64,000 bases of DNA. It comes from Squalus acanthias. Its lineage: Eukaryota. Where the stretch lies: assembly GCA_030390025.1 (NCBI GenBank), contig CM059431.1:156738001-156802000 (forward strand), given 5' to 3'. Below, piece by piece: positions 52,871 to 64,000 of the stretch (the stretch's first letter is position 1; each line of letters begins with the position of its first letter). Made by a program: the position numbers and the translations under genes. The notes beneath the pieces were generated by a model, which saw only the letters and a program-made list of their open reading frames with translations, did no database searches and had not been told where the DNA came from.

Positions 52871-54928
52871 TGGTGGGTACGGTATCATAGTGTTTAAGTT
52901 AATGATCAATTAATCCAGGGGCCTGGATAAATTATCCGGTGATATGAGTTCAAAATCCCACCATGACAGTTGGTGAATTTACATTCAGTTAATTAAAGAC
53001 ATCTGGACTAAAAAGCTACTATCAGTAATGGTAACCATGAAACTATCAGATTGTTGTAAAAACCCACCTGGTTCACTAATGTTATTTAGGGAAGGAAATC
53101 CGTCGTCCATACCTGGACTAGCCTATATGTGACCCCAGACTCATTGCAACGTGGTTGACACTTAACTACCCTCTGAAATGGCGGAGCAAGCCACTCAGTT
53201 GTAACCAACCGCTACGAAGCAAAATAATAAAAATGAAACCAGACAGACCACACGGAATCGACCTCAGCACCGGCTACAGACACGGCAACGGCACACCCAG
53301 ACCAGTCAACCCAGCAAAGGCTTCCTCACCAACATCTGGGGACTTGTGCCTAAATTGGGAGGGCTGTCCCACAGACTAGTCAAGCAAAAACCTGACATAA
53401 TCATATTCACAGAATCATACCATTGAGCCAATGTACAAACCATCACCATCCCTGGATATTTCCTATCCCTCCAGCAGGACAGACCCACCAGAGGTGGCGG
53501 CACAGTGGTACACAGTCGGGAAGGAGTGGCACAGGGTATCCTCAGCATTGACTCCGGAACCCATGAATTCTCATGGCTTCAGGTCAAGCATCGGCAAGGA
53601 AACCTCCTGCTGATTACCAACTACCGTCCTCCTCAGCTGATGAATGACGAATCCGCCATGTTGAACACCACTTGGAAGAAGCACTGAGAGTTGCAGGGGT
53701 ACAGCATGTACTCTGGGTGGGTGATTTAAAAGTCATTCAACAAGAGTGGCTCGTTAGCAACACTACTGATCGAGCTGGCCGAACCCTAAGGTCTGCGGCA
53801 TGTGGTGAGAAAATCAAAACGTGGGGAAAACCTAATTGACATCGTCCACGCCAATCTACCTGTCGCAGATGCATCTGTCAATGACAGTGTTGGAAGAAGT
53901 GAACACTGCAAAGCCATTGTTGTGACGAAGTCCCGTCTTAACACCGAGAGCACTCTTCATCGTGCTGTGTGGCACTACCACCGTGCTAAATGGGATAGAT
54001 TCAGAACAGTTCTTGCAGTTCAAAACCGGGCATACATGAGGTGTTGTGGTCCATCAGCACCAGCAGAATTGAGTTCCAACAGAATCTGTAACTTCATGTC
54101 CCGGCACATCCCTCACTCTACCATTACCATCAAGTCAGGAGACCAACACTGGTTCATTAAGGAGAGTAGAAGAGCATGCCATGAGCAGCACTAGGAGTGC
54201 CTAAAACTGAGGTGCCAAACTAGGGAAGCTGCAACACAGGACTACATGCATGCTAAAAAGCGGGAGCAGCATGCGATAGATAGGGTTAAGCGACCCCACA
54301 ATCAGCGGATCAGATCAAAGCTCTGCAGTCCTACCACATCCAGTCGCGAATGATGTAGAACCATTAAACAACTAACGGGCGGAGGAGGCTCCATTAATAT
54401 CCCCATCCATAATGATGGGTGATCCGGCACGTGAGTGCAAAAGACAAGGCGGAAGCGTTTGCAATCATCTTCTGCCAGAAGTGCCGAGTGGATGATACAT
54501 ATTGGCCTTCTCCTGTCGTCCCCACAATCACAACAGCCAGTCATCAGCCAATTCGATTCACTCCACGTGATATCAAGAAACGGCTGAGCGCACTGGATAC
54601 AGCAAAGGCTATGAGCCCCGACAACATCCCGGCTATCGTGCTGAAGACTTGAGCTACAGAACTAGCTGTGACTTTGGCCAAGCTTTTCCAGTACAGCTAC
54701 AACACTGGCATCAATACGAGAATGTGGAAAACTGCCCAGGCATGTCCTGTCCAAAAAAACAGGACAAATCTAATCCGGCGAATTACCGCCCCAACAGTCC
54801 ACTCTCAATTATCAGCAAAGTGATGGATGGTGTCATCGACAGTGCTATCAAGCGGCACTTACTCACAAATAACCTGCTCACTGGTGCCCAGTTTGGGTTT
54901 CGCCAAGGCCACTCGGCACCCGACCTCA

Positions 54929-57900
54929 CGGAGTGCAGATTTGGAACAGATTGGTAAGCTGCGAGTTTGGTGAGTGAGGGAGTAAATCTTAAAGGTTAAT
55001 CTCTTATTTTTATAAAGTTTTATAAATTCTAGTCTTGTGTGCTTGCAAGTAGCATTTAAATTTACTGTTTCAAGTTTTAAGTTTCTTCCAGGCTTGGGCA
55101 AGGCTAAGCAAGCTCTGTGCTGGAGAGCAGGTGATAGTAATTAATTAATTAACTGGTCTAATCTGGTTCTGTAACTGCCAGAGAGCTCACTTATTTAAAT
55201 CTCAGCAGTATAAATAAGGGAGACTAGAGTGCAGTTTGTCACGGAGTGCAGATTTGGATCAGAGTGCTAAGCTGCGAGATTGGTGAGTGAGGGAGTTCAG
55301 GGAGGGAGGTGTGCCTTCCTTTTTCCATCTTTGTCAGCTTCCTGGTGCGGCGGCGGCCCTGCGTGAGGCGAGGCGGTGGCAGAGGGTTTAAAAGGCTCCA
55401 GAGACCAGGTAAGGCGGGACCAGTCTCCGAACTCGGAGGGAGGGAGAGAGGTTAAAATAATCGAGGAGTGACGTCACCAGAAAGCAGGTAAGTAATTGGT
55501 TGGTCAGTATTTCTCTCTTTTTAAACTTAAACTCTGTGGGTTGTAGTTAATAAGGCCTTTCTGTGCAGAGTGACTGTTGGTAAACCATTTAACATTTGTA
55601 ATTTATAGGGATTGATTTAATTTAAATCAATTAATTAGAGGGGATACTAGCATCTATAATCGGGCAGAGAGTGTCCATAACTAACAATAAAAAACTGAAT
55701 TAATTACATAGAATGGAGCAGTTGATGTGTTACTGTTGCGAGATGTGGGAGGCGGTGGACCCCATTGAGGCTCACGGTGATTACATCTGTCACAAGTGTC
55801 TACTGCTAAAGGAATTCCATCTCCGTATTGATGAGTTGGAGTCTGAGCTTCAGACACTGCGACACATCAGGGTGAAAGAGAAGTACCTGGACTTTGTGAT
55901 TCAGGAGGTGGTCACACCTATGAAGTTAATTAATTCAGATGTAGCTCACGGTCAGGGACAGGACGGTGTGACTACGAGTGAGGCAGGTACGGCGATCCAG
56001 GAGGTAGTGTTGGAGGAGCCGCAGCCCTTGCTCTTGTCCAACAGGTTCGAGGTTCTTACTCCCTGTGGGGACGGGAGCAGGGACTGCAGGGAGGATGAGC
56101 AACCTGGCCACAGCACCGTGGAATGGGGGGCAATTCAAGAGGGGGGAGTAAATAGAAATGTTGTAGTAGTAGGGAATAGTATTATTAGGGGGAAAGATAG
56201 TGGTCTCTGCAGCCGAGAGCGAGTGTCCCGTAGGCTGTGTTGCCTGCCCGGTACCAGGGTTAAGGCCATCTCCTCTGGGCTGCAAAGAAACTTGCAGTTG
56301 TAGGGGGATGATCCAGTTGTAGTGGTCCATGTTGGTACAAACGACGTAGATAGGACAGAGAAGCAGGTTCTGTTTTAGGAGTATGATCAGCTAGGGGTCA
56401 AATTAAAAAACAGAACCTCAGTGGTATTAATCTCTGGATTATTACCTGAGCCACGAGCGAATTTGGCTAGGACAAATAAAATTAGAGAGTTAAATGAGTG
56501 GCTCAAAGACTGCTGTGGGAGAAATGGGTTTTGCTTCCTGGGACACTGGCACCAGTACTGGGGCAGGAGGGAGTTGTTCCGTTGGGACGGGCTTCACTTG
56601 GCCAGTGCTCGGACTAGACTCTTGGCGGATCATATAACTAGGGCTGTAGAGAGGGCTTTAAACTAACTAATGGTGGGGGTAGTTTCCTAGAGAGCAAATA
56701 ATAAAAATGACAACAGAGAAGGTCATAGACTTAGGTAGCAGTGGGGAAATTAAAAACAAGAGTGTTTCAGGAAGGGGCAGAAGGTATGGAGTAAAAGGTA
56801 AAGTAATAAAAAGGGCAAAAGCAGGAACTAAGTTTCACAAAACATATTTGAAAGTTCTGTATCTGAATGCATGTAGCATTCGTAACAAAATAGATGAGTT
56901 AATGGCACAGATAACTACATATGGGTATGATCTTGTGGCAATTACAGAAACATGGCTGCATGTTGACAATGCCTGGGAATTAAAAATACCAGGTTATTTA
57001 ACGAACAAGAAGGACAGGCAGGAAAGAAGGGGAGGTGGGGTGGCTAAGTTAATAAAGGATGGAATCACTGTAATACAGAGAAATGATATTGGGTCAAAAG
57101 ATCAGGATAATTAAACAGTTTGGGTGGAGATAAGGAATAATAAGGGGGAAAAAACACTAGTGGGCGTAGTCTATAGGCCTCCGAACAGTTGAAATCTGTT
57201 GGACGGAGTATCAATCAGGAAATAGTTGAGGCTTGTAATAAGGGAACAACTTTAATTATGGCAGATTTTAACTATCATATTAATTGGACAAATCAAATTC
57301 GGCATGGCTGCCGAGGGGATGAGTTCATTGAGTGTATTAGGGATGGGTTTTTGAGCAGTATGTAACTGAACCAACCAGGGGGCAAGCAACCTTAGATCTG
57401 GTCCTGTGTAACGAGACAGGATTAATGAAAAATGTCATAGTAAAGGATTCCCTTGGAATGAGTGACGATAACATGGTTGACTTCCATATTCAATTAGAGG
57501 GTGAGAAGGTTGGATCTCAAACAAGCGTGCTAAGCTTGAGTAAAGGAGACTTTGAATATATGTAAGCGGAATTAAGTAGAGTGGATTGGGAAAATAGATT
57601 AAAGGGTAAGACGATACATGATCAGTGGTGTACATTTAAGGAGCTATTTTACAACTTCCAAAAAATATATATTCCACTGAAAAGAAAAGGGTGTATAAGA
57701 AAAGACAGTCATCCGTGGCTAAGTAAAGAAATTAAGGATAGTATTCGACTAAAAAAGAAGGCTTATAAGGTAGCCAAATCTGGTGGAAGGATAGAGGATT
57801 GTGAAAACTTTAAAAGACAGCAAAAAATAACAAAAAGATTGATTAAGAAAGGGAAGATAGATTATGAAAGTAAATTAGCAAAAAATATAAAAACAGATAG

Positions 57901-60033
57901 TAAGAGTTTTTTATAGTTATATAAAAAGAAAAAGGGTGTCTAAAGTAAATGTTGGTCCCTTAGAGGATGAGACCGGGAAATTAATGGTGGGAAATATGGA
58001 GATGGCAAATACACTGAATGTATATTTTCACAGAATCACAGAATCACAGAATCCCCACAGTGCAGTTAGAGGCCATTTCGGCCCATCGAGACTGCACCGA
58101 CAGACGTTTTTAATCCCCCTAATACTAAGGGTCAATTTATCATAGCCAAATCAACCTAACCCGCACATTTTGTATCAGTCTTTACAGTAGAGGACACTAA
58201 GAATATGCCAACAATGGACAAACAGGGTGCTATAGGAGGGGAGGAGCTAAACACGATCAAAATCACTAAGGAAGTGATACTCGGTAAAATAATGGGACTC
58301 AAGGCGGATAAATCACCTGGAACTGATGGCCTACCTCCTAGGGTGTTGAGGGAAGTGTGGTAGGGATTGTGGATGCATTGGTAATCATTTTCCAAAACTC
58401 GCTGGACTCAGCAAATATCCCGGCAGACTGGTAATTACTAATGTAACACCCTTATTTAAAAAGGGCAGTAGACAGAATGCTGGAAACTATAGACCGGTTA
58501 GCCTAACATCTGTGGTAGGTAAAATTTTGGAGTCCATTATTAAGGAGACATAAACGGGACATTTGGATAATCATAATTTAATAGGACAAAGTCAGCATGG
58601 TTTTATGAAGGGGAAGTCATGTTTGACAAATTTGCTGGAGTTCTTTGAGGAAGTAGCATACAGGGTGGATAAAGGAGAACCAGTGGATATGGCGTATTTA
58701 GACTTCCAAAAGGCATTTGACAAGGTGCCACACAAAAGATTATTCCTTAAGATAAAAAATCACAGTTTTGGGGGTAATATTCTGGCATGGATAGAGGATT
58801 GGCTATCTAACAGAAGGCAGAGAGTTGGGATAAATGGTTCATTCTCAGACTGGCAATCAGTAACTAGTGGTGTTCCGCAGGGGTCAGTGCTGGGTCCCCA
58901 ACTCTTTACAATCTATATTAACGATTTGGAGGAGGGGACCGAGTGTAATATATCAAAGTTTGCAGATGATACTAAGATGGGAGGGAAAGTAGTGAGTGAG
59001 GGGGACATAAAAAATCTGCACGGGGACATAGACAGGCTAAGGAAGTGGGCAGAGATTTGGCAGATGGAATACAATACTGGAAAGTGTGAGGTTTTGCACT
59101 TTGGCAGGAAAAGTAGTAGCGCAAGTTATTATCTTAATGGCAAGAAACTGGAAAGTACTGAAGTACAAAGGGATCTGGGGTCCTGGTGCACGAAACTCAA
59201 AAGGTTATTATGCAGGTGCAGCAAGTGATTAAGAAGGCCAATGGAATGTTGGCTTTCATTGCTAGGGGGATAGTATGTAAAAATAAGGAGGTATTGCTTC
59301 AATTTTACAGGGTATTGGTGAGACCGCACCTGGAATATTGCATGCAGTTTTGGTGTCCATAATTAAGAAAATACATACTTGCTCTCGAGTCAGTACAAAG
59401 AAGTTTAACTCGGTTAATCCCGGGAATGAGGGGATGGACATATTTGGAGACGTTGGATAGATTGGGACTATACTCATTGGAGTTCAGAAGAGTGAAAGGC
59501 GATCTTATTGAAACTTATAAGATTTTGAAGCGGTTGGATCGGGTGGATGCGGGGAGGATGTTCCCAATGATGGGTGGAACTAGAACTAGGGGGCATAGCC
59601 TTAGAAAAATGGGCTGTTCTTTCAAAACTGAGATGAGAAGGAACTACTTCACTCAGAGGGTGGGAGGTCCATGGAATATGCTGCCCCAAAAAGCTGTAGA
59701 AGCTACATCATTGCATAAATTTAAAACAGAAATAGACAGTTTCCTAGAAGTAAAGGGAATTAAGGGTTACGGGGAGCGGGCAGGAATTGGGACATGAGTC
59801 TAGGTTCGGATCGGTGATGCCCTTGTGGGTAGCATAGCGGGCCCAGGGGCCGTGTAGCCTGATCCTGCACATATTTAGTGTGTCCAATTCTGTTAGGTTC
59901 AGGAGATGGTTCTGTGATAGTAGATTGGCGGTTAGGATCAGATCAGCCATGATCTTATTGAATGGCGGAGCAGGCTCGAGGGGACAATTGGCCTACTCCT
60001 GCTGCTATTTCTTATGTTCTTATGTTCTTATGT
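54929..60033 (+). mobile_element. Full-length CR1 (repeated 5' UTR, ORF1 from 55713, ORF2, 3' UTR)
   Basis: ORF1 CYCCEMW..CHKC plus esterase; APE-RT; (TTCTTATG)n tail; TCA at both junctions. Confidence 0.93.
58029..58166 (-). mobile_element. 5'-truncated HE1 SINE inside the CR1
   Basis: Reverse complement matches the 3' part of the SINE at 14544-14992; (CAGAATCA)n tail. Confidence 0.8.
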
Positions 60034-61994
60034 TCATTACAGCCTTGGGTCAAACTTGGACAAAAGGAGCTGAATTCCAGAGGAGAAGGGAGAGTCAATC
60101 CCCTTGTCAAAATTTAACCGAGTGTGGCAAGAAGGAGCCCAAGTAAAACTGAAGTCAATGGGATTCAAGGGGAAAACTCTCCACTGGCTGGAATCATACC
60201 TAGCACAAGGACGATGGTTGTGGTGATTGAAGGTCAATCATCACAACCCCAGGATATCACTGCAGGACTTCCTCAGGGCTGTGTCCTAGGCCCAACCATC
60301 TTCAGCTGCTTCATCAAAGACCTTGCCTCCAAAATAAGGTCAGACATGGGAATGTTCGCTGATGACTGCACAGAGTTCAGTGCCACTCACAACACCTCAG
60401 ATAATGAAGCAGTCCAGGTCCGCATGCATCAAGACCTGGACGACTTTCAGGCTTGGGCTGAAAAGTGGCAGGTAACATTCGCGCCACGGAAGTGTCAGGC
60501 AATGAGTATCTCCAACAAGCGAGAGACCAACCACCGCCCCTTGATATTCAATGGCATTACCATCGCCGAATCCCACACCATCAACATCCTGGGAGTCACC
60601 ATTAACCAGAAACTTAACTGGAACAGCCACATAAATACTATGGCAACAAGAGCAGGTTAGAGGCTCGGTATTCTGCGGCGAGTGTCTCACCTCCTGACTC
60701 CCAAAAGCCTTTCCACCATCTACAAGGCACACGTAAGGCGTGTGATGGAATACTCCTCACTTGCCTGGATGAGTGCAGCTCCAACAACACTCAAGGAGCT
60801 CGACACCATCCAGGACAAAGCAGTCAGCTTGATTGGCACCCTATCTACCACCTTAAACATTCACTCCATTCACCACCGGCATACCGTGGATGCAGTGTGT
60901 ACCATCTACAAGATGCACTGCAGCAACTCGCAAATGCTTCTTCGGCAGCACCTCCCAAACCCGCGACCACTTCCACTTAGAAGGACAAGGGCAGCAGACG
61001 CATGGGAACACCACCACCTCCACGGTCCCTCCAAGTCATACAGCATCCTGACTACGAAGTATATCGCCGATCCTTCATCGCCGCTGGGTCAAAATCCTGG
61101 AACTCCCCAACTAACAGCACTGCGGGAGTACCATCACCACACGGACTGCAGCGGTTCAAGAAGGCAGCTCACCACCATCTTCTCAAGGGCAATTAGGAAT
61201 GGCCAATATTTGCTCAGAAGTCATGCCTGAGTGACTGAATGAGTATTTTACACCTGTCTTTACAAAAGAATAGAATAACGTTTTTGGTGGTGTAAAGAGC
61301 GGGGAGCAAACATTATAGATAGTATAAAAGTAAACATAAAGCTGTTGCTATAGAGTTTGGCACCACTTAAAGTCAATAAGTCAACCGATCCACTTGGGAT
61401 ACATCCCAGCATGCTGAGGTAAGCTAGGATGGAGATAGCAAAAGATCTATCTACAGTCTTCGTATTGTAGATGTGCCAGAATACTGTAGGGTTGCAAATC
61501 TGAAACCCCAATTAAAACGGGGAGAAGAATGAACCTGATTACCTGATAATCAGTCTTATGTTAGTTGTGGCAAATCTGCTAGAGAGCATTATCAAAGACA
61601 AAATTATTTAGCACTTGGAGATGAGCTGGTTACTTAGGACAGCCAGCCGAATTTTTTCAAGGCAAATCGTGTCCGATTAACCTGATTGCGTTTCTCATGA
61701 AGTAACAGACATGGTTGATTAATTTACTGCCGTAGATATTGTATGTATGGACTTCCAAAAGGCATTTGACAAATTACCACATAACACAATTATTCGGGAA
61801 ATAGAAGGACAAAATATTAAGGGGATAATTATTGATTAGTGAATAGGAGCAGAGCATTGTAATGATACAATGAGTTTACGACTGGAGAAAAGTATGCAGT
61901 GGGGTCCCCCAGGGTTCGCTAATAGGAAATTGTTTATCTTGTTATATATAAATGACCTGGACTTGGGTACAGGGAGTACAATTTCGAAGTTTTC

Positions 61995-62435
61995 GGGCGA
62001 TAGAAAACTTGGCAACGTATTAAATACGCAGAGGCCCAGGTATCTCAGGGGCGCATGTGGTTCGCAAGCGTCTCTGTGATCACGTCTGCCATGGGGAACC
62101 AATCAAGGAAGGGATCTGTCAAAAGTATGAATATGGATTACTTAAAATTAAAACGACATTAAATTACATTTTTTATACCATAATGTAATTTTAGGAAAAA
62201 AAGATTAATTGAAGTTTTTACCGGGCAAAAAATGAACTTGGCTTTTTTAAAAGTATTTTCAAATTCTAAATGAGTGATAAAATGTAATTTTTTAACAGGT
62301 GTAAGATTTTTAAAGGCTTTCAGCAGGCTAAAGTTATGCAGAAGGCACAAATCTCTGCCCGAGGAGGCTCCTCTCCCGGGCATCCATGCGATCTGTCAAG
62401 AGGTTTCTTGACAGATCGCAAGTGCTGGGATTTAG
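61995..62435. mobile_element. Partial MITE related to 23282-24037
   Basis: Shared GCAGAGGCCCAGG and GATCACGT motifs; AT-rich core. Confidence 0.5.
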
Positions 62436-62439
62436 AATT

Positions 62440-64000
62440 AAAACTAGATCTAGTAATTAGTTAAAAACCAAACTATAATCTAATTAAATTAAATAAATCA
62501 ATTTTAATTAACTAATTAAATAAAAGAAGGTTATATAGCAATGGAAGTGCAGGTGGTGTGCCACACCTACTGCATGTGGTAGTATACGGAGAGTATCGCG
62601 ATTCTGGATGAACACGTCTGCATTAAGTGTCTGCATCTCGAGGAACTTCAGCTCTGAGTTGTTGAGCTTGACTCGGAGGGGAAACATTGCGGGGCTTCAG
62701 GAAGGGGTTGATTTTTCTGCAAATTTTGATCCAGGAGGCAGTCACATCCCTTATGTTAGGTAGTGATAAAGGTCTATTTCATGATCAGGGATAGGAGGGT
62801 GTGACTGCAACTCAGGCAGGTAAGGGGATCACAGGTTCAATGCTGGAGGAGCCTTAGCCTTTGCCTTTGTCCAACAGGTATGAGATACTTGCTGCCTTTG
62901 TGGATGAGGGCCAAGTCTGCAGGATGGATGAGCGAACTGATCACGGCACCGTGTTACCTGAGGTCGTTTAGTTGGTGGGGGGTGGGGGGGGGCGGGTGAA
63001 AAGGAATGTAGTTTTGGTAGTTGACATTATAGTCAGGGGTTAGGTACTGTTCTCTGCAGCCGTGACCGGTAGATCTGAAGGCTATGTTGTCTGGCCGGTG
63101 CCTGGGCTAAGGATATCTCCTGGAGGCTGGAAAATAAATTGGAGTGGAGGGGGAGGATCCAGTGATCATGGCCCACGTCGGAACCATCGACATATGTAGA
63201 ACCAGGAGTGAGGTTTTGTTGAGAGAATTTTGATGAGCCAGGGTCCAAATTTAAATGCAGAACATCAAAATTAATAATCTCTAGATTTTTACCTGAGCCA
63301 CGAGGAGACTGACATAGGGGCAAGCAGATCAGATAGTTAGGTACGTGGCTGAAAGAGTGATGTGGCAGAAAGGGGTTTCCATTCATGGGGCTCTGGCACT
63401 TGTCAAAGAGGGAGCTGTTCCGTTGGCAGTGTCGCCATTTAACCAAGGCTGGGTCCAGTGTCCTGGCGTATCGAATAACTGGGGCTGTAGAGAGGACTTT
63501 AAATTTAAAAAGCGGGGGAAGATTCAGGGGAGGGAAAATTATAAAACTAAAGAGAGAATTCAAGGCAATGGAGCAATGTTCTAATTTGGTTAAAGAGAAG
63601 CAGAATGTGACAGGAAGGGACAGAGTTTAATAGTAATAGTGCATCAGCAATTAAGGTTAACGCAGGTAATAATGGTAAAAAAGTTAAAATTAACAGCTTT
63701 TTATCTGAATACTCGAAACATTCGTAAAAATGTAGAAGAATTAGTAGCAAACAGAGAAAAATGGCTTGGATGCATTAGCCATTGGAGAGATGTGTTGCAT
63801 GGTGACCAAGGTTTGGAATTAAATATTCCAGGTTACCTGAGGTTTCGAAAGACACGCAAAATGGAAAAAAAAGGAGGGGAGGGTGAAGCTCTCATAATGA
63901 AGCGTGACCTTTTGGACAGTAGTGAGAAAGGATCTTGGCTTGAAGGATCAGGAAGGGGATGCATTGGTTGTGATCTCCCAAATTTCACGAGATTCTAGAA
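62440..64000 (+). mobile_element. Degraded CR1 5' part (ORF1 and ORF2 start)
   Basis: HVCIKCL.LEELQL, LCCLAGA and YLNTRNIR motifs. Confidence 0.85.

Larger units (their letters stand above)
52872..61240 (+). mobile_element. Full-length second-family LINE (tRNA/SINE-like head, APE-RT) split by a nested CR1
   Basis: TNIWGLVPKL..PDIIIFTES, NYRP, QFGFRQGHSAPDL|ITAL, PQGCVLGP, FADDC; halves 52872-54928 and 60034-61240. Confidence 0.88.

Overview
Repeat-rich vertebrate DNA, almost certainly from a shark or other elasmobranch (inferred from HE1/V-SINE, HER1/CR1-type LINEs with esterase ORF1, a shark-type NLR and a GPR139-like fragment). I found no intact gene. Main items: (1) an ~8.06-kb endogenous retrovirus-like provirus (5549-13608) with ~1.15-kb LTRs, a tRNA-Arg(TCG) PBS, coiled-coil/CCHC Gag, a doubly deleted pol, and an env that combines an N-terminal Ig-like domain with an F-type (lokiretrovirus-like) class I fusion protein; (2) a CARD-NACHT-LRR NLR pseudogene on the minus strand (19602-27147) with a MITE-split GPR139-like fragment in an intron; (3) upstream of it, four tandem ~3-kb units (33465-45810) carrying exon-like cassettes whose last exon is phase-compatible with the NLR CARD exon; (4) 39-bp and 34-bp minisatellites and many nested CR1/L2/RTE/Penelope/SINE/MITE insertions. 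All family assignments come from motif recognition by eye; no searches were run.
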